29,333 bases of DNA from Planctomycetota bacterium (GTDB lineage: Bacteria > Planctomycetota > B15-G4 > JADJEK01): the NCBI GenBank assembly GCA_044225365.1, contig JBGAIQ010000063.1, positions 1 through 29,333 on the forward strand. Reading direction: 5' to 3'. The position numbers and the translations under genes are program-made. The notes under the pieces were generated by a model that did no database searches, was not told where the DNA came from, and saw only the letters and a list, made by a program, of their open reading frames with translations. Of this stretch, positions 27,351-29,333 are shown in pieces. Each line of letters begins with the position of its first letter. The stretch's first letter is position 1.

Positions 27351-28522
27351 AGGAACGTCTTCAGAAACATCTCGCCCGAGCGGGCCTCGGCTCCCGCCGC
27401 TACTGCGAAACACTGATCGAGCAGGGCCGCGTCGCGGTCAATGGCACCGTCGTGGACCGCGTCGGCTTCCAGGTCGATCCCGAATCCGACTCGATCGCGG
27501 TCGATGGCAGCACGGTCAAGGTCGAATCGGCGGTCTACTACCTGCTCCACAAGCCCAAGGGCTTCGTGTGCTCGAATCGCCCGCAGGGGAGTTCGAGATC
27601 GGCGCTCGAGTTGGTCCGCGGCCGGCACGGTGAACGCCTGTTCTGTGTCGGACGACTCGACGAACAGAGCCAGGGCGCACTGCTCCTCACCAACGACGGC
27701 GAATTCAGCAATCGCGTCATCCATCCCCGCTATGGCGTGGAGAAGACCTACCTCGTGTGCGTGAAGGGCAAGCCCGAAGGCACGATGCTCGACAAGATCC
27801 GCAAGGGTGTCCACCTCGCCGAAGGCAAGACGGCCCCGGCGAAGGTGCACGTCGTGAAGCGGAGCCGATCGCATTCCCTCATCAAGGTCACGCTCCACGA
27901 GGGCAAGAACCGCCACCTGCGACGCATCTTCGCGCGCATCGGACTCCCGGTGACCGAGATCATCCGCCTGCAGATCGGTTCGCTCTCGCTCGGCTCGATG
28001 AAAGCAGGACAATATCGCGAGCTGAAGCCCGCGGAGATCGCGGGCCTGCTCGAGGAATCGCAGCCCGGTTCGCGGCGAATGGACTACGACGACCTCGTCG
28101 ATGCCAAGGACCGCGGTACGCGCGGCAGGAGCGATGGCGCGGCGGACGGCGAAGCCGCCGGCTTCGCGCTTCCCAAGCCCAGGCCGGACCTGCGCAAATC
28201 CGTAGTTCGGCCCGCGGGACGCGGCGGATTCGCACCGCGCCATCCTCGCGATGCGCGCGACCCGCGGACTTCGCGCGCCGGTGGACCCGCGACGAAGGGA
28301 CCGTTCGCCAAGCCCGGCAAATCCGACCGCCCCTTCGGTCGCTCCTTCCAGAAGGCTCGCGGCCGAACCGATCACAAGAACGGCCCGCGCGGACGCAAGG
28401 GTCCGCCGTCGTTCCCCCCCAGTTCCTCGGGTCCGAACGAGGATGTCGACGATCTCTTCGATCTCGATCGAATGGACTCCGCCGATGATTTCGATGGACC
28501 CGATTCGGAGACGGACGAGTGA
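27347..28522 (+). CDS. rluB: rRNA pseudouridine synthase, RsuA/RluB family, with long disordered C-terminal tail
   Basis: GTG 27347 overlaps the manA TGA. S4 domain RLQKHLARAGLGSRR, HKPKG, catalytic VGRLD, LLLTNDG, HPRY, LHEGKNR. The exact paralog assignment is uncertain. Confidence 0.85.
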   Translation: MKERLQKHLARAGLGSRRYCETLIEQGRVAVNGTVVDRVGFQVDPESDSIAVDGSTVKVESAVYYLLHKPKGFVCSNRPQGSSRSALELVRGRHGERLFCVGRLDEQSQGALLLTNDGEFSNRVIHPRYGVEKTYLVCVKGKPEGTMLDKIRKGVHLAEGKTAPAKVHVVKRSRSHSLIKVTLHEGKNRHLRRIFARIGLPVTEIIRLQIGSLSLGSMKAGQYRELKPAEIAGLLEESQPGSRRMDYDDLVDAKDRGTRGRSDGAADGEAAGFALPKPRPDLRKSVVRPAGRGGFAPRHPRDARDPRTSRAGGPATKGPFAKPGKSDRPFGRSFQKARGRTDHKNGPRGRKGPPSFPPSSSGPNEDVDDLFDLDRMDSADDFDGPDSETDE

Positions 28523-29211
28523 AGAACGCCCCCGCCGATCCCAGTGCGAAGAAAACCGAACTCCGCAAGTCGCTGCAGAAGCGCTGGCGCTCGGAAGCCG
28601 CACTCGACTTCAGCGATTCGAAGATCGCGGTTCCCAACTTCCGCGGGGCCGACAAAGCGGCCGAGCGTCTCTCGAACGAAGCCTCGTTCGAAAAGGCAAG
28701 AGCGCTGCTCACCTCGCTCGACGACGCCCTGCTCCCGCTTCGCACTCGCGCGATGAGCGCCCACAAGACACTCGTCGCGTACGAGAAGTTGTCGACCGGA
28801 CCACTCCAGTTCCTCGTCCTCGATCCATCGACGATCCCGGTGTCGAACTACGAGCGCGCCGCGTCCCGCGGCGGCTTCCCCACGTTTGCACGTCGAGTCG
28901 CCGTATCCGCGATCCCGACCTGCGAAATCGTGGTCTGCGGCGCGTTCGCCGTCGATGCCTCGGGCGGACGACTCGGTGACGGTAGTGGCGATTTCGATCT
29001 CGCGTACGCCACGTTGCGCGAACTCGGCAAGATCTCGGTGAAGGCGATGATCGCGACGCTGGTGCATCGCGTTCAGATGCTCGAAGGCGGCGTCCCGATG
29101 ACGAAGCTCGACACGCCGATCGACCTCATCCTCACGCCCGAAGATCGAGTCCTCACCCGCACGAAGCACACCCGGCCCGCCAAGGTCGGGGGCGGCGAAG
29201 GCGGCTTCTAA
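28519..29211 (+). CDS. 5-formyltetrahydrofolate cyclo-ligase family protein (MTHFSD/COG0212-like paralog)
   Basis: VPNFRGADKAAERL, VVCGAFAVD..GGRLGDGSGDFDLAY, TLVH, DTPIDLILTP; GTGA overlap with the upstream gene. Confidence 0.8.
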   Translation: MKNAPADPSAKKTELRKSLQKRWRSEAALDFSDSKIAVPNFRGADKAAERLSNEASFEKARALLTSLDDALLPLRTRAMSAHKTLVAYEKLSTGPLQFLVLDPSTIPVSNYERAASRGGFPTFARRVAVSAIPTCEIVVCGAFAVDASGGRLGDGSGDFDLAYATLRELGKISVKAMIATLVHRVQMLEGGVPMTKLDTPIDLILTPEDRVLTRTKHTRPAKVGGGEGGF

Positions 29212-29213
29212 CC

Positions 29214-29333
29214 GGACCGCCGGGCTCCGCCCGGCTCTGGGGGACCGCCGGGCTCTGCCCGGGTCTGGGGGACCGCCGGGCTCCGCCCGGCTCTGGGGGA
29301 CCGCCGGGCTCTGCCCGGGTCTGGGGGACCGCC
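29214..29333 (+). repeat. 28-bp tandem REP-like hairpin array with alternating A/B variants (continues past the window end)
   Basis: A=GGACCGCCGGGCTCCGCCCGGCTCTGGG at 29214 and 29270; B=GGACCGCCGGGCTCTGCCCGGGTCTGGG at 29242 and 29298; partial copy at 29326. Confidence 0.92.

Noticed and set aside
28450-28519. 6S RNA upstream of the 5-FCL gene (ssrS-ygfA synteny)
   Set aside because: No intergenic space; the gene overlaps the stop codon of the pseudouridine synthase.
29214-29333. Possible CRISPR array
   Set aside because: Units are directly head-to-tail with no unique spacers, and there are no cas genes in the window.

Overview
This is a very GC-rich, gene-dense bacterial chromosomal window. 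The membrane-anchored ECF sigma factor fusion and the FlgM-like peptide suggest a Planctomycetota-type organism, but that is an inference. About 21 CDS can be supported: a secreted amidohydrolase with a CIA30/CBM11-like domain (runs off the left edge), a TPR-like membrane protein, two fused membrane/spermidine-synthase-like methyltransferases, an Rv0958/Rv0959-type AAA+ ATPase and vWA pair split by a 999-aa ECF sigma-TM-beta-sandwich-repeat fusion, a putative lipoprotein, scoA/scoB, a membrane-anchored beta-sandwich-repeat protein, a GDPD, a DedA protein, an FHA-TM-vWA protein, pdxJ, rsmD, a secreted OB-fold-like protein, and a coupled recN-manA-rluB-like-5-FCL run. The ORF track misses a 56-aa ORF (23868-24038) that resembles the sigma28-binding core of FlgM and lies downstream of a sigma28-like promoter. 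Two arrays of a related GGACC-hairpin REP-like repeat (23414-23574, 29214-29333) and a terminator/uORF arrangement before recN are also present. No tRNA, rRNA, CRISPR array or transposase was seen. Most long ORFs in the track are antisense shadows. All protein assignments come from motifs recognised by eye, not from database searches.
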